From assembly GCA_963662285.2 (NCBI GenBank), contig CAXXMV010000006.1, forward strand, positions 1,696,001-1,760,000: 64,000 bases of DNA, in the 5' to 3' direction. Source of the DNA: a bacterium. GTDB lineage: Bacteria; Hinthialibacterota; Hinthialibacteria; Hinthialibacterales; Hinthialibacteraceae. Positions 1 to 10,813 of the stretch are shown in pieces. The translations under genes were made by a program, and so were the position numbers. The notes beneath the pieces were generated by a model. It worked only from the letters and a program-made list of their open reading frames with translations, was not told where the DNA came from and searched no databases. Numbering within the stretch: position 1 is the first letter of the stretch; the number at the start of each line of letters is the position of its first letter.

Positions 1-1
1 C

Positions 2-628
2 GGGGCGGATTATGGCGGCGGGTTGATTGAGATTGAGTCGCCCCGTGGTTTGACTTTGGAGACGGCGCAGGATTTGTTTAATGATCCTCCGCTGCCGATG
101 GTTGCTTTGGTTCTGGATCACTCATTAGAGAAGATGTTGCGCTTCGCCGACGCGCTGCATCCCGCCGTTATGCAATTGCATGGCTATGAGAGTCCTGAAA
201 CTGTGGCGGCATTAAAAGCACAGGTTAATTGCGAATTGTGGAAAGTTATCCACCTTCCTGCAGCAGAGAATGATGAGCCTGTGGATATTGAGGGCGCTCT
301 TGAGGAAATAGGACGATATGCTCAAGCCGGGGCTGATTGTTTTCTGGTGGATGCAACGGTAACGCGCCAGGGTAAGACGCATCTTGGAGGAACCGGAAAG
401 ACGGTGGATTGGCAGGCTGCTAGGAGTATCAAAAAACGCATCGATAAGCCATTCATCCTGGCGGGGGGAATTAATCCCGGCAACGTCACTGAAGCGGTTA
501 GGGTGGTGCAGCCCTACGCGGTTGATTTATCTTCTGGAGTGGAATTGACTAAAGGGAAGAAAGACCCTGATAAGGTATTAGACCTGATCGCCAAGGTTCG
601 CGCTTGCGAGGATTATGATATTTGCTAG
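2..628 (+). CDS. trpF: Phosphoribosylanthranilate isomerase (5'-partial at window edge)
   Basis: Motifs SPR, MQLHGYESPE, LVDA..GGTGKTVDW, ILAGGINPGNV, AVDLSSGVE..KGKKD. The frame is open to the window start (GADYGG...), so the true start lies upstream. Confidence 0.93.
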   Translation, partial: GADYGGGLIEIESPRGLTLETAQDLFNDPPLPMVALVLDHSLEKMLRFADALHPAVMQLHGYESPETVAALKAQVNCELWKVIHLPAAENDEPVDIEGALEEIGRYAQAGADCFLVDATVTRQGKTHLGGTGKTVDWQAARSIKKRIDKPFILAGGINPGNVTEAVRVVQPYAVDLSSGVELTKGKKDPDKVLDLIAKVRACEDYDIC

Positions 629-637
629 CCGCTTATA

Positions 638-1129
638 TTAGTTTCGTTTGCTATGCTGCATGACGCGGTATTGATCTTCGATATCCTGTTTCCACCATAA
701 TTTACCGCTGAGGATGGTGATGGCTATTCCTATCAGGAACGGCCCTGGTGAGAAGATGGGGGGCAGGTAGAAAAAGCCTGTGCTGAGCAGGGTGATGATG
801 ATTCCCGCAAAGATAGTGGTGCGGATCACCTTCCATTCAGCTGGATCAAAGAATTTCCTTACGCAACGTTTGTTAAACCACGGCGCTGAACCGACCAGCA
901 TAATCCAACTGCCAATTAGAGAGATGAAGCCATGATGGCTATCGATTACATAGGCCGACGCAAAACCCGCAATCACAATTGCAAATCCAAACGCGAATAG
1001 TATCTTGCGGTTTGCTAAAGGGCCGGGCAAATGATCGGTCAGGGAGAACCGTACCTGGTCTGATATAAACGCGTAGACGATTCCAAGCAGTCCCAGAAGG
1101 AAGAACAGAATCGTTTCAGTCGTTAACAT
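638..1129 (-). CDS. Hypothetical integral membrane protein (about 5 TM)
   Basis: 163-aa ORF with several hydrophobic segments; no family recognised. Confidence 0.7.
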   Translation of the reverse strand: MLTTETILFFLLGLLGIVYAFISDQVRFSLTDHLPGPLANRKILFAFGFAIVIAGFASAYVIDSHHGFISLIGSWIMLVGSAPWFNKRCVRKFFDPAEWKVIRTTIFAGIIITLLSTGFFYLPPIFSPGPFLIGIAITILSGKLWWKQDIEDQYRVMQHSKRN

Positions 1130-1162
1130 GCTATATATACTCCATTGTTTTTGTTAGATCAA

Positions 1163-1256
1163 AATTCTCCCCCCAAGTTTGGGGGGAGTTAGAGGGGGGT
1201 TGTGTTTATACGAAACAACCCCCTCCTAACCTCCCCCAGGCTTGGTGGAGGAATCA
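1163..1256. repeat. REP/REPIN-like palindromic element, family A copy 1
   Basis: AATTCTCCCCCCAAGTTTGGGGGGAGTTAGAGGGGGGTT...AACCCCCTCCTAACCTCCCCCAGGCTTGGTGGAGGAATCA. Near-identical inverted copy at 60938-61030 and a partly degenerate copy at 7069-7165. Confidence 0.85.
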
Positions 1257-1261
1257 GACAT

Positions 1262-1444
1262 TTATGATGCATCGGTTTCTTGTTCTTCGCAAGAGTCTGT
1301 TTTCGCCTCATCTTGATCGCTATTCTTGTTAAGGCGTTGGAGCACATCTTCTATGGGAACCATTCCCCAGTCAGGCAAACCAAGTTTCTTTCGTTTTTCC
1401 ATGATGGCGTGGATCATTTTCTTCATCACTTCTTCACTGGCCAC
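1262..1444 (-). CDS. Small hypothetical protein
   Basis: 60-aa ORF with GTG start and upstream GGGAG; co-oriented downstream of acpS. Confidence 0.45.
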   Translation of the reverse strand: MASEEVMKKMIHAIMEKRKKLGLPDWGMVPIEDVLQRLNKNSDQDEAKTDSCEEQETDAS

Positions 1445-1517
1445 AGGTAATCTCCCATTAACGTCAATAAATCATAATACTCTGCTGTCGGTATCAATCC
1501 AAGGATTTTGATTTTTA

Positions 1518-1898
1518 TTATTTTTCCAGAATGACATAAGCGATAGCGTTGTCGCCGTCGTGACTGATGGAGACGAAACTGTGGGCAACGCCTTTTTGGT
1601 TGTAGAGATCAAGAGCGCGGTTTTCAAAATGCAGCACTGGTTTTCCGGTCTCTTCGTGGCTGATGTAGATGTCGGTCCAGGCCAACCCTTTACCGGGGAA
1701 ATCGCCCAGGGCTTTGAGGGCGGCTTCTTTGACGGCGAAGCATCCCGCCAAATATTCGGTATTTTTCTTGCGTTTTTCAGAAAACTCTATTTCGCTGGGA
1801 TGAAATACCCGGTTCAAAAAACGGGCGCCATATCTTTCGATGCTCTCTCCGATTCGGGGGATAACTGCGATATCAATGCCGATGCCGATTATTGCCAT
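1518..1898 (-). CDS. acpS: Holo-[acyl-carrier-protein] synthase
   Basis: GIGIDI, YGARFLNRVF, LAGCFAVKEAALKALG, GKPVL, VSISHDGDNAIAYVILE. Confidence 0.95.
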   Translation of the reverse strand: MAIIGIGIDIAVIPRIGESIERYGARFLNRVFHPSEIEFSEKRKKNTEYLAGCFAVKEAALKALGDFPGKGLAWTDIYISHEETGKPVLHFENRALDLYNQKGVAHSFVSISHDGDNAIAYVILEK

Positions 1899-1904
1899 AA
1901 TATT

Positions 1905-2591
1905 TTATTGACTCTTCGCCATATATTCAGTGACTATGCAGCTCAGTTTATCGATTACCTGATCCTGGGTCAGTCCGGATGTATCGACCACCATTGCATT
2001 ATCCGAGATGGTGAGCGCTCCCACGGGACGCGCTTTGTCGCGTTGGTCGCGTTCCATCAGGTCGGACAAGGTTTTTTCATAGGTCACATCTTTACCTTTA
2101 GCCTGCAACTCTTTAAATCTCCGATCCGCCCGAATCTTGGGGTCGGCGTCGAGATATATTTGAATCTCTGCGTCAGGGAAAACAACTGTAGTAATGTCGC
2201 GTCCCTCCATGACCACGCCGCCTTGTTTTCCCATCTCTTGTTGGAGTGCTACAAGTCGCTGTCGGACTTGTGGATTATCGGCCACTGGCGAGGTGGCGGC
2301 GCTGACTTCGGGAGAGCGGATATCATCAGTAACTTCATAGGTTCCACTGAATACCTTTAGGACGCCATCTGTTCGCTCCAACCTGATATCGGTTTTCGCC
2401 GCTAAATCAGCAACTGCACCACGGTCATCAAGATTAAAGCCGCCGCGCAGCGCCATCAGCGCAACAGTGCGGTACATGGCGCCGGTATCAATATAAAGGA
2501 ACGCCAAACGGTCGGCCAATGAAGAGGCGACGCTGCTTTTGCCCACTCCGACAGGGCCATCTATGGCAACAATAGGTTTATCGCGTTTCAT
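1905..2591 (-). CDS. cmk: Cytidylate kinase
   Basis: VAIDGPVGVGKSS P-loop, YIDTGAMYR, VMEGRDITTVVFPDA, RDQRDKAR. ATGA overlap with the aroA stop. Confidence 0.96.
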   Translation of the reverse strand: MKRDKPIVAIDGPVGVGKSSVASSLADRLAFLYIDTGAMYRTVALMALRGGFNLDDRGAVADLAAKTDIRLERTDGVLKVFSGTYEVTDDIRSPEVSAATSPVADNPQVRQRLVALQQEMGKQGGVVMEGRDITTVVFPDAEIQIYLDADPKIRADRRFKELQAKGKDVTYEKTLSDLMERDQRDKARPVGALTISDNAMVVDTSGLTQDQVIDKLSCIVTEYMAKSQ

Positions 2592-3935
2592 GAAATTTGC
2601 GTCGCCTTTCCAGCGCTTAAGTCGTTGAGTAGTTCATAGAATACCGGGAACGATGTAGCAATGGGGCCGGTTCCATTGATAGTAGTATCTCCGGTCGCCG
2701 CTAGAGCGGCGATGGATAATGACATGGCGATGCGGTGGTCTCCATAGGAGAAACAGTCAGCGCCTTGGAATTTAGAACCACCAGTAACGGTAAAGCCGTC
2801 TTCGCGTTCTCCCAGTTCGACGCCCATTTTGCTTAATTCCTGGACGATGGTGGAGATGCGGTCTGATTCCTTGACCCGCAACTCCTCGGCTTCTTCGACC
2901 ACGGTAGGAGAACTGGCGCTAGCCGCAGCCACCGCGAAGATGGGGAATTCATCTATCATGCGAACCACTGTTTCTCCGCTAACCTTGGTTCCCTGGAGAG
3001 GCTTATATTTTATCAGGATATCCGCTACCGGCTCTGCGCCGAAATAGCGTTGGTTTCTAATAGTAATATCCGCGCCCATGCTTTTTAGAACATCCATTAA
3101 ACCAGTTCGGGTTGGATTGACGCCGACATCCTGGATTAGCAGTTCGGAATCAGGAATGATGCAAGCAGCAACCATGAAGAATGCTGCAGAAGAGAAATCT
3201 CCGGGGATCATGACATCACGCGCCTGAAGAGTTTGGCCTCCTTCGAGCTGCAACGGTAAGATCATGGCAAATCGAGGCTGACGCCGAATGTTTTTCAGCA
3301 TCCGTTCGGTATGATCGCGGGATAAAGCCGGTTCTTTAACTTCGGTGCGTCCTACAGCCATTAAACCCGCCAACAAAATGGCTGACTTAACTTGAGCGTC
3401 TGGCTACGGGAGATTGGAAATTTACAGCCTGTAAGGTTGCCGCCTTGAACTTTTTATAGGAAGATCACTGTCTTCTTGCAAGTGGAGTAAATCTGGCGCC
3501 CATTTGGCTCAGAGGTTTGGTGATGCGTCCCATGGGGCGGCTGCGTAGTGATGCATCTCCGGTCAGGGAGACCGTGGAAATCCTGTCCAGCCAGGATTCC
3601 CATTAAGAGACGAGTTCCGGTACCGGAGTGTACCCATATCAAGCATATTTTCAGGGCATTTCAGGGCCATGCATTCCAGCGCCCTGGATGATCATGCGGT
3701 CATCCTTTTTTTCGGATATAACGCCCATCTGCCTGAATGCTTCCAATGTGGCATGATTGCAATCTCCGCTTTCCAGAAATCCTGAGATTGAGGTGGTTTC
3801 CTTCCGCCAGCGAACCAAGCATAACAGCTCTAAATGAGAGATCGATTTATCACCGGGAACCTTCATAGTTCCTTGCAAAGGATCAGAAGGTTGAATGCGA
3901 TAAACGCCTTGAGTCAAATGATCGTCTAATGCCAT
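2588..3935 (-). pseudogene. aroA: 3-phosphoshikimate 1-carboxyvinyltransferase (EPSP synthase), frameshifted in this sequence, probably by consensus indels
   Basis: Fragments in different frames: VPGDKSISH (3651-3935), SGTGTRLLMGILAGQ (about 3580-3630), SRDHTERML, PGDFSSAAFF, NPTRTG, IDEFPI, ELRVKESDRI, DHRIAMS, TSFP (2588-3376). Confidence 0.92.
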
Positions 3936-4081
3936 GAATATATCCTTCTTTATTATTAAAAATTGCGTGTGTAAGCGATGTGAATTCTTGAAAAAAATTC
4001 GATCTGGATTACACAAATCACTCTAGCATTCCATAGCCTAAAATCAAGTAGTTATACATATTTTAACTCATGTCATTAATA

Positions 4082-5880
4082 TCAGGGAATATCCTTGATA
4101 TGGATCAGGAACTCTTCGGGTTTGATAAAAGGCGTTGATTCGTTTGTCATCCATGATATTTCCCTGTGAATCATAGAAAACAAGCAGCGGCAAACCGACT
4201 ATGCCATATTGTTCCGTAATCTTTTTGGCTTCTTCTGAGTTATCCACCGGTCAAATCGACTTTGATGCTGATAAAGCGCTGATTCAGCGCATGAGCCGCT
4301 TGTTCATCATGAAAAGTGTAATGATCGATCTCTTTACACAGGGTGCACCATTCGGCCCAGAAATCGATTATTACAGGCTTCTGCTGTTCTTTTAGCCAGC
4401 GCTAATCCTTCTTCAAGGGGTGAATATCCAATTCACTTGACCTTGTCCCATTTTGGCTTGGCTGACAATGGGCAGATAGATAGATATAACGTCATAGGAT
4501 GATACCGAGTATTTTGCGGAATCGCACTACCATATCGGAGTGAATGGAATGAAAGATGTATGGCGCCGATAGATGCGCCGATGATGAAAGTGACAAGGCT
4601 TACAACGATAAGGGTGGTTGATCTAGTGATATCCGGTTGAAGGATAGTAAATGCGTTCTTGAGGAAATAGAGCGCGCAGACAAACAGGATGATAGCGAGA
4701 AACGCTTTTAACGCCATCCATTCCAACCGCCCGATTTTTGGCAAATGGGACAGGCATACCTGAATAGGTTCCAATGACCAGGAACAGGGTTCCCAGACCC
4801 AGCGAGGTAAACCTGTAATAGCGCAATGCCCATAAGTGGATTGCCGGTAGTGGCTACGATAAGCTAGGATGCCCGCCAGCACCGGGCCAGTGCATGGGAG
4901 CTGCTACGACCCCGGCTACCAGCCCCATCAGGAATGCGCTTACATAACCCTCACCGCCGACTTTGGTGAGTCCTGATTGCAGGGATGAAGGCAGTTGCAA
5001 CTCAAAGGCGCCCAGCATGGATATCCCCATTGCCGTGAAGAACAGGGCGATGACGCCAACGATCCAGGGGTTGCTGAGAAACTGTCCGAATACCGCCCCG
5101 GTCACCGTCTGCGAAATATCCTAAAGCTGAATACATCATTACTATGCCCAGAACATAGGTTGCCGCGAGCGAGAAAGCGTGGAAATGTACTGCGGGTTTT
5201 TCTGGCGCCGAAGATGGCTGACGGTGATGGGGGATTAGGGGATATACGCATGGGGTTTAAACTGGTTAATAATCCCATCACATATACAAAGAGAAATGTA
5301 AGGAAAAAACCTCGCGAAAAGAAATCTTCACTGGATGCCGCACGGATTGAAGAAGCCTCTGACGTAGTAGACTTGGTTTCTTGCACCTCAATCGCGCTCG
5401 AACCGTCGCCTTGGGCAACTTTTATGGCAACTGGAAACTCACGGGTAGTGGGAAAATAGCACAGTTCAGTTGAACATCCCTGATAACGGACGGTTACTTT
5501 GATATCCATTGCGCCGACAGGGGGCTTCTGGAGATAGGTGTGAACGGTTATTTTGAAAGTATTGGCGCTCTGCGTATTATTTCTTTTTCAAGGTTATCCA
5601 GTGGATCGATTTTCTTTTTCGTCTTGGCGTATATAGGCTCGCCTGCAATGAAACCTTCCGGACCTTCTGCGGAGATAGACGTCATATTTCGGTATACAAT
5701 GTGGTCATCCTGCAACGGTAAGAGTCAGTTCAATTTGGCCTGCATTGCCCTGGGCTGTTTTTTATCTCTGATGTAGATAGAGACCAAGCGAATATCTTAT
5801 CCAACTCATCGGGTTGTGGGCGTAAGTGGATAGAGCAACTGACGCGAATAGTAAAATGAAAAGAGTATAGAACGTCTCAT
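4082..5880 (-). pseudogene. dsbD: Thiol:disulfide interchange protein DsbD family (N-terminal Ig-like domain, TM domain, thioredoxin), frameshifted
   Basis: Signal peptide from ATG 5880; VRYQGCSTELCYFP; GLLTSLNP; FGQFLSNPW; SMLGAFELQLPSSL; AFLMGLVAGVVAAP; IDFWAEWCTLCKE (about 4325-4372); GLPLLVFYD; stop TGA at 4082. Confidence 0.88.
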
Positions 5881-5980
5881 GATCGCCTCTCTGATGGTTG
5901 TTGATGTGAATATATGCGTGAGTAAAACGTAACGGTTTTGAAATGATTATATACAAGTATAAGTCTGAATTTAATAAACC

Positions 5981-7047
5981 TCAGGCCATTTGTAGAGATA
6001 CTTTTTGGGTCTAGAACAGGCGCGGCGATTTCGTATGATTCATGTTGTTGATTGCGGGTGATGTCAGCCCATTCATCTATGGCTTGGAATATCTCATGGA
6101 TTGTTTCCAGTTGAAATACCTTGTCTCGTAGTGGGCGTATATTCCGGTATCCTTTGACATACCAACTGAACTGCTTGCGCATTTCATGGGTTCCGCGTTT
6201 TTCACCCTTCCATTTTGCGGATCGCTCCATGTGTTGTTTCAAAACCCGACAGGCGTTGGTCAAGGCCGGGCGACGGATTGATTTGGCCTGATTCAAGGTA
6301 ATCAATCACTTCTTTGAATACCCAGGGATTTGCCATAAGACACCGCGCAGCGACCGATCATGACTCCATCGCAGCCGGTCTGGTCAAGCATCCGCTTGGC
6401 GCTGACAGCGTCAACCACATCGCCGGTTGCCGATTACCGGGATATCGAGATATTGCTTTAGGTCGCCGATCCAATTCCATTGCGCTTCGCCGCTCGAATC
6501 CCATCATGCGGGTGCGGGCGTGTAATATGATAGCGTCGCAACCTTCACCCTGCGCAAATATCGCCGATAAGACGGTAGTTCAGTGACTGGAGGTTGACTC
6601 CACCGCGAATTTTTACTGACACATGTCGTTTAGTGGCTCTACGCATCTCGCGTATGACATAGACCACGTTGGGTCGGAAATACAGTTAAACCGCAGCCGG
6701 AGCCGTTTTTGAAGACTTTTTTTCACCGGGCAGCCCAGGTTCAGGTTGACGCCATCAACTCCCATATCATCCAGCATGCGGATTGAATCATATATACTAT
6801 CCGGTTCGCTGCCGAATATCTGTACAATCAGTGGATGCTCATCACGGCACTCTTCAATCATTTGCACGGAACCGCGATTTCGTTCTTTTATCCCCCGTGC
6901 GCTGATCAGCTCGGAAAAAGTGAGGGGACAGCCGTGCATACGTGCGATGTCGCGCGTCGCCCGGTCAGTTACGCCCGCGATAGGCGCCAGCATAACCTTA
7001 GGAAATTCGATATTAGGTTTTACGCCTCTTGGCGGTTTAACAGCCAT
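5981..7047 (-). pseudogene. dusB: tRNA-dihydrouridine synthase (DusB-like), frameshifted; 3' end approximate
   Basis: LAPIAGVTDRATR, FSELISA, VQIFGSEP, VNLNLGCPVKK, C-terminal EMRKQFSWYVKG, split across frames. Confidence 0.85.
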
Positions 7048-7068
7048 GATTCTCTTTCGGACGAAGCA

Positions 7069-7165
7069 AATTCTCCCCCCAAGTCTGGGGGTGAGTTAGA
7101 GGGGGGTTGTGTTTTGACGAATTGAACCCGGTTCTAAAATCTACCCCAAATTTGGAGAAGGGGAT
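7069..7165. repeat. REP/REPIN-like element, family A copy 2 (second half degenerate)
   Basis: AATTCTCCCCCCAAGTCTGGGGGTGAGTTAGAGGGGGGTTGTGTTT matches 1163-1207. Confidence 0.8.
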
Positions 7166-7194
7166 AATACATATAATTTAGCTAAACTATTCCC

Positions 7195-8224
7195 TTATTT
7201 TAAGTGTTTCTCAAACCAGGCAAGGGTTTTCGCGCCACATTTCGGGAGTATATTTTATGGCCGATTCCCGGATATATAATATCTTTGAAGCAATCCGGCT
7301 TATTATAAAGCCCCGAAGATGCTGCTTAACAAATGAGTTGTAATGGCATTTACTCCATCAATCGGAGAGCCTCCATCCTGATCTCCGGTTTGGGTCATTA
7401 ACGGCCTGGGGAGCGATTAATCCAACCACTGCTTCCATATCTCTATACCATGATGCAGCACATTGGGAACATAGTAGTAGATGCCATGCTGGTTGTTTTC
7501 ACCGTGTGTTGGATTATGTTTTTGATAACGGGTAAGGGCAGCATACGCAAACCCGCCCGCGCTGATGCGCTCATCCAGAGCAGACAGCCACCAGCTGCGC
7601 GTGCTTCCCATGCTCATAACCAGTGGCGCCGATACGTTTTGGATCGACTTCCGGTAGGGAGAGAAGATAATTCAGCGCCAGTTGATCATCCCGGATCATC
7701 ATGCCCCATAGAGTTTTTGCCTTGCCAGATAAACTGTTTGAATAACGCCGTTTCGGTTTTTTTGGCCGCTTTCACGGTCTCCCGCCGGACCTTGATGCTG
7801 GCGCTCGCCGAAACCATAAGCATCGATAGCGAGCACAACGTATCCCGTTTGAGTAAGCGTTTCTAAAGGCGGCTTATCTACTGGATAATTCTTAAGAACT
7901 TCTTCTTTGCCGTTTGTCATACTCGCCACCATGATAATGGGTGATAGAGAATGGCCCGGCCCAGGTTCAGTTCTTTGGTCAGGGATGGCGAAGATAGCCG
8001 TAAACCATGTCGCCAACGCCATTCTTGAAACTGGATTTTTCTGAAGAGAATAACCGTTGCGCTGTTCGTATCTGGTGATTTCAGGCTTTGGCGTAAAAAA
8101 GGGGCGGCAGATTGCCTAATAATTGCCATAAGTTATTACGTAGAGGTTCTTTTTGTTGATCCCATTCAGCAGCGCCAGAAGGCATGGGATATGAAAAATG
8201 TCTCAAATTTGTCCAGAAAGTCAT
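7195..8224 (-). pseudogene. Alpha/beta hydrolase (dienelactone hydrolase/acetyl xylan esterase-like), frameshifted
   Basis: ATG 8224 MTFW...LRNNLWQLLGNLPP; GYVVLAIDAYGFGER; nucleophile elbow MSMGSTRSWWLSALDERI; HGIYYYVP; YPGIGH; TLAWFEKHLK* (stop 7195). Confidence 0.8.
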
Positions 8225-8578
8225 TTATTTAAACTCCTATTTACAGAAGCCAGTATTTTTGTATTGATGAACCATACAAGAAACAGATTTTATAAGACAT
8301 ATTAAAAGGCTGCAATAATGCCATTTTAGTGCATTTTATTCTTATTAAATTGATAAAATGTTGAATTAATTTTGTGTAAGAACCAATAAAAAACATATAT
8401 TTAGGTATTGATGTAAAATTCATTCAAATTATCGAAAGAATATATAAAAAATTACTTTTTCATTGGTAAAAAAATCCTGTATATCTAATAATGGTTAATA
8501 ATATTTAAAACACATATAAATAAAATATGTAAAGTTTATATTATCCAGAAAGTTAAAGAAGCGAAAGGAGATAATACA

Positions 8579-8782
8579 GTGGCTCGAGGAGTTGTTAAAT
8601 GGTTTAATGTGGAGAAAGGATACGGATTTATCCAGCAAGACGAAGGAAATGATATCTTTGTCCACTATACAGGAATCAAAGGAGACGGATTTCGCAAATT
8701 GGAAGAAGGCCAGACTCTTGAGTTCGAGGTCACTGATGGTAAAAAAGGACCACAGGCTATCAATGTAGTGATTGTTGATTAA
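8579..8782 (+). CDS. cspA: Cold-shock protein (CspA family)
   Basis: [41 protein letters not shown]; AAGGAG RBS with GTG start. Exact paralogue assignment is uncertain. Confidence 0.95.
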   Translation: MARGVVKWFNVEKGYGFIQQDEGNDIFVHYTGIKGDGFRKLEEGQTLEFEVTDGKKGPQAINVVIVD

Positions 8783-8808
8783 TTTTTTATAAATAGGAAT
8801 TAAATTTC

Positions 8809-8842
8809 AAGCGCCCGAAGTATATTACGGGTGCTTTTTTTA
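8809..8842 (+). terminator. Rho-independent terminator after csp
   Basis: AAGCGCCCG-loop-CGGGTGCTT followed by a T run. Confidence 0.75.
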
Positions 8843-9045
8843 TGCTTTGAATTTTTTAATTTGTCGTTTATTCAATAATTATTCATCTATAATATTTATG
8901 ATTGGTGATTGATTGTGGGTTCTGGTGATTATTTTGTATTGTTTCATGATTGTTGGTAATTCCTATAGACCAACAATAGACGGATATGATATAAATATGA
9001 TGAATTATTTTAGGATTTATATATTACAGGTTTGGTAAAAATATA

Positions 9046-9654
9046 ATGAGAAAATCAGGTTTTACTCTAATCGAATTGCTGATCGTTGTAGCAATAATCG
9101 GTATACTAGCGGCTATTGCCGTACCGAATTTTATTAATGCGCAGATTAGAGCCAAAATTACGCGAGCGGCTGCGGATATGCGTAGCGTTGGAGTTGCTTT
9201 CGGGGCTTATTCGGTTGATCACAATGATTTTCCTTTGGGAATTATATCGTTTCTTAATCCCCGCGAAGCGCATAGTTGGGGATTTTTGCCTGAACGTTTG
9301 ACGAGTCCCGTTCCTTATATGAGTTCGCTCCCTGTCGATGAATTCAATATCAATTACAAGATATATGGAAACACTGATTCAACTGGTCCTATGAAAAAGG
9401 ATGATCCACACGCCCGTTATAGAACCGCCCGTAAAAAACCATTTGCAGGTACTGACCTGAATCAGTGGAAAGCCGGTTGGAAAAACATGCTGGCGAAAAC
9501 CGGCATCGATGGTGAATATATCCTGACCAGCCCCGGCCCCGATAAGGTGGAGGATATTCTTCCCGCCTATAATCCTCATCCCTATGCTATCAGTAATGGA
9601 TTATTGAGTTCGGGTGATATTGTGTATACTCCCGGTGGGATAGCGGGACTTTGA
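9046..9654 (+). CDS. Prepilin-type N-terminal cleavage/methylation protein (GspG-like pseudopilin), paralogue 1
   Basis: MRKSG|FTLIELLIVVAIIGILAAIAVPNF; LTSPVPY..LPVD.F; SPGPD; SNGLLSSGDI. Confidence 0.92.
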   Translation: MRKSGFTLIELLIVVAIIGILAAIAVPNFINAQIRAKITRAAADMRSVGVAFGAYSVDHNDFPLGIISFLNPREAHSWGFLPERLTSPVPYMSSLPVDEFNINYKIYGNTDSTGPMKKDDPHARYRTARKKPFAGTDLNQWKAGWKNMLAKTGIDGEYILTSPGPDKVEDILPAYNPHPYAISNGLLSSGDIVYTPGGIAGL

Positions 9655-9689
9655 TTTTTATATCTTATCAATATGTGAAAGGAGTTTTT

Positions 9690-10733
9690 ATGATGAGGAG
9701 AATTTGTATTGTTCTTTTAGTGGTTTTATGTTCGGTTTACGGGAATTCTCAAACAGTGCTTGAGAATTTTTTCACCGAAGAAGGCGGCAACTCTCCATAT
9801 TCCTTGAACGGCGACCAAAAATGCGGTCAGCGATTTACCGCGACTCAACCGTTCGAGGGAATCGAAGTGAACGGTCCGACCTGGAGCGTCAGCGGAGAAA
9901 AAGGCATGACTGTCCGTCTCTATCATTGGGCGGGCAATTATGAATCTACTGTTGCTCAAAATCCGATTGTAATCAGCGTACTGGTGAATTTGGACGACAA
10001 CGGCTGGTTCCCGGTATACGCTGGTTCCGAACTCGCAGCCGGAGAATATTTCTGGGAAGCATCTGAACCAACCAATTCAAATCCCGAAGCGGAGAATCCT
10101 TATCAGATTGGTTGCTGGTTATGGAATGAAAGTAAATACGTCGACGGTGAAGCATATTTCAACGGTGTTAAATTAGATAACGTTGCAATCACTTGGTGGC
10201 GTCTGTATGGAGATGGGCAGGATGCTGTCTTCTGGACGCCTTTCTCTATTCCTGACAGCGATATTGCCAGCCTGGCCCAGAGTTTTACAGTAGGCTGGGA
10301 TTTCCAAGGCGTTGCGTTGGCATCCCCCACCTGGAATGGTACGGGCGCGGGTTGCAGAATGAGCCTTTATGAATGGGATACTGATTATGATACTACCATT
10401 GCTGGCGATCCAATTGCGCAGACGATTATAGAGAATCATTCGGATAACGCCAGAGCGGAACTGATTATGGAGAATCCGGCGCCTGGTGGAAGATATCTTG
10501 TAGTATCTGATCAACCCGTACGGGGAACCGGCAATTTTGGTCATTGGGGTTGGACTAACTCCAGTTGGTGGGATCCGGAAAACACCACTTTCGCGGATGG
10601 CATCGAAATGGAGAATTATGAATCCTTCGACCTGTTCATCGGCGAACCATCCTCAGAACCAATCGGCAAAGATTTCGCTTCACGCTCACTGGGTGGAGTG
10701 GCAACCAGCATAGCCGAATGGGAACTGTTTTAA
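9690..10733 (+). CDS. Secreted acidic protein with an internally duplicated domain and C-terminal W-tail (TSIAEWELF)
   Basis: RBS AAAGGAG before ATG 9690; Sec signal peptide; two homologous blocks (GQRFTA..PTW..LYHW..YESTV / AQSFTV..PTW..LYEW..YDTTI). Confidence 0.85.
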   Translation: MMRRICIVLLVVLCSVYGNSQTVLENFFTEEGGNSPYSLNGDQKCGQRFTATQPFEGIEVNGPTWSVSGEKGMTVRLYHWAGNYESTVAQNPIVISVLVNLDDNGWFPVYAGSELAAGEYFWEASEPTNSNPEAENPYQIGCWLWNESKYVDGEAYFNGVKLDNVAITWWRLYGDGQDAVFWTPFSIPDSDIASLAQSFTVGWDFQGVALASPTWNGTGAGCRMSLYEWDTDYDTTIAGDPIAQTIIENHSDNARAELIMENPAPGGRYLVVSDQPVRGTGNFGHWGWTNSSWWDPENTTFADGIEMENYESFDLFIGEPSSEPIGKDFASRSLGGVATSIAEWELF

Positions 10734-10768
10734 ACAATCTAAACTAGATATTTTTATAAAACTATGGT

Positions 10769-10813
10769 GAAAGTTCAAAGTCCCTGAAAATGGGGCTTTG
10801 AACTTTTTTTTTT
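10769..10813 (+). terminator. Rho-independent terminator
   Basis: GAAAGTTCAAAGTCCC-TGAAAAT-GGGGCTTTGAACTTT plus poly-T. Confidence 0.8.

Noticed and set aside
1560-2360. Long antisense or shadow ORFs (1560-2360, 50504-51178, 44114-44662 and similar)
   Set aside because: They overlap well-supported genes and carry no recognisable motifs.
2588-8224. Programmed frameshifting, recoding or an alternative genetic code
   Set aside because: Shifts are numerous, irregular and confined to one block; all other genes read normally in code 11.
10704-10733. W-tail as the BamA beta-signal of outer-membrane barrels or a T9SS CTD
   Set aside because: Three of five tails end in H or Q rather than an aromatic residue, the proteins lack barrel-like alternation, and the conserved part is only 9 residues.
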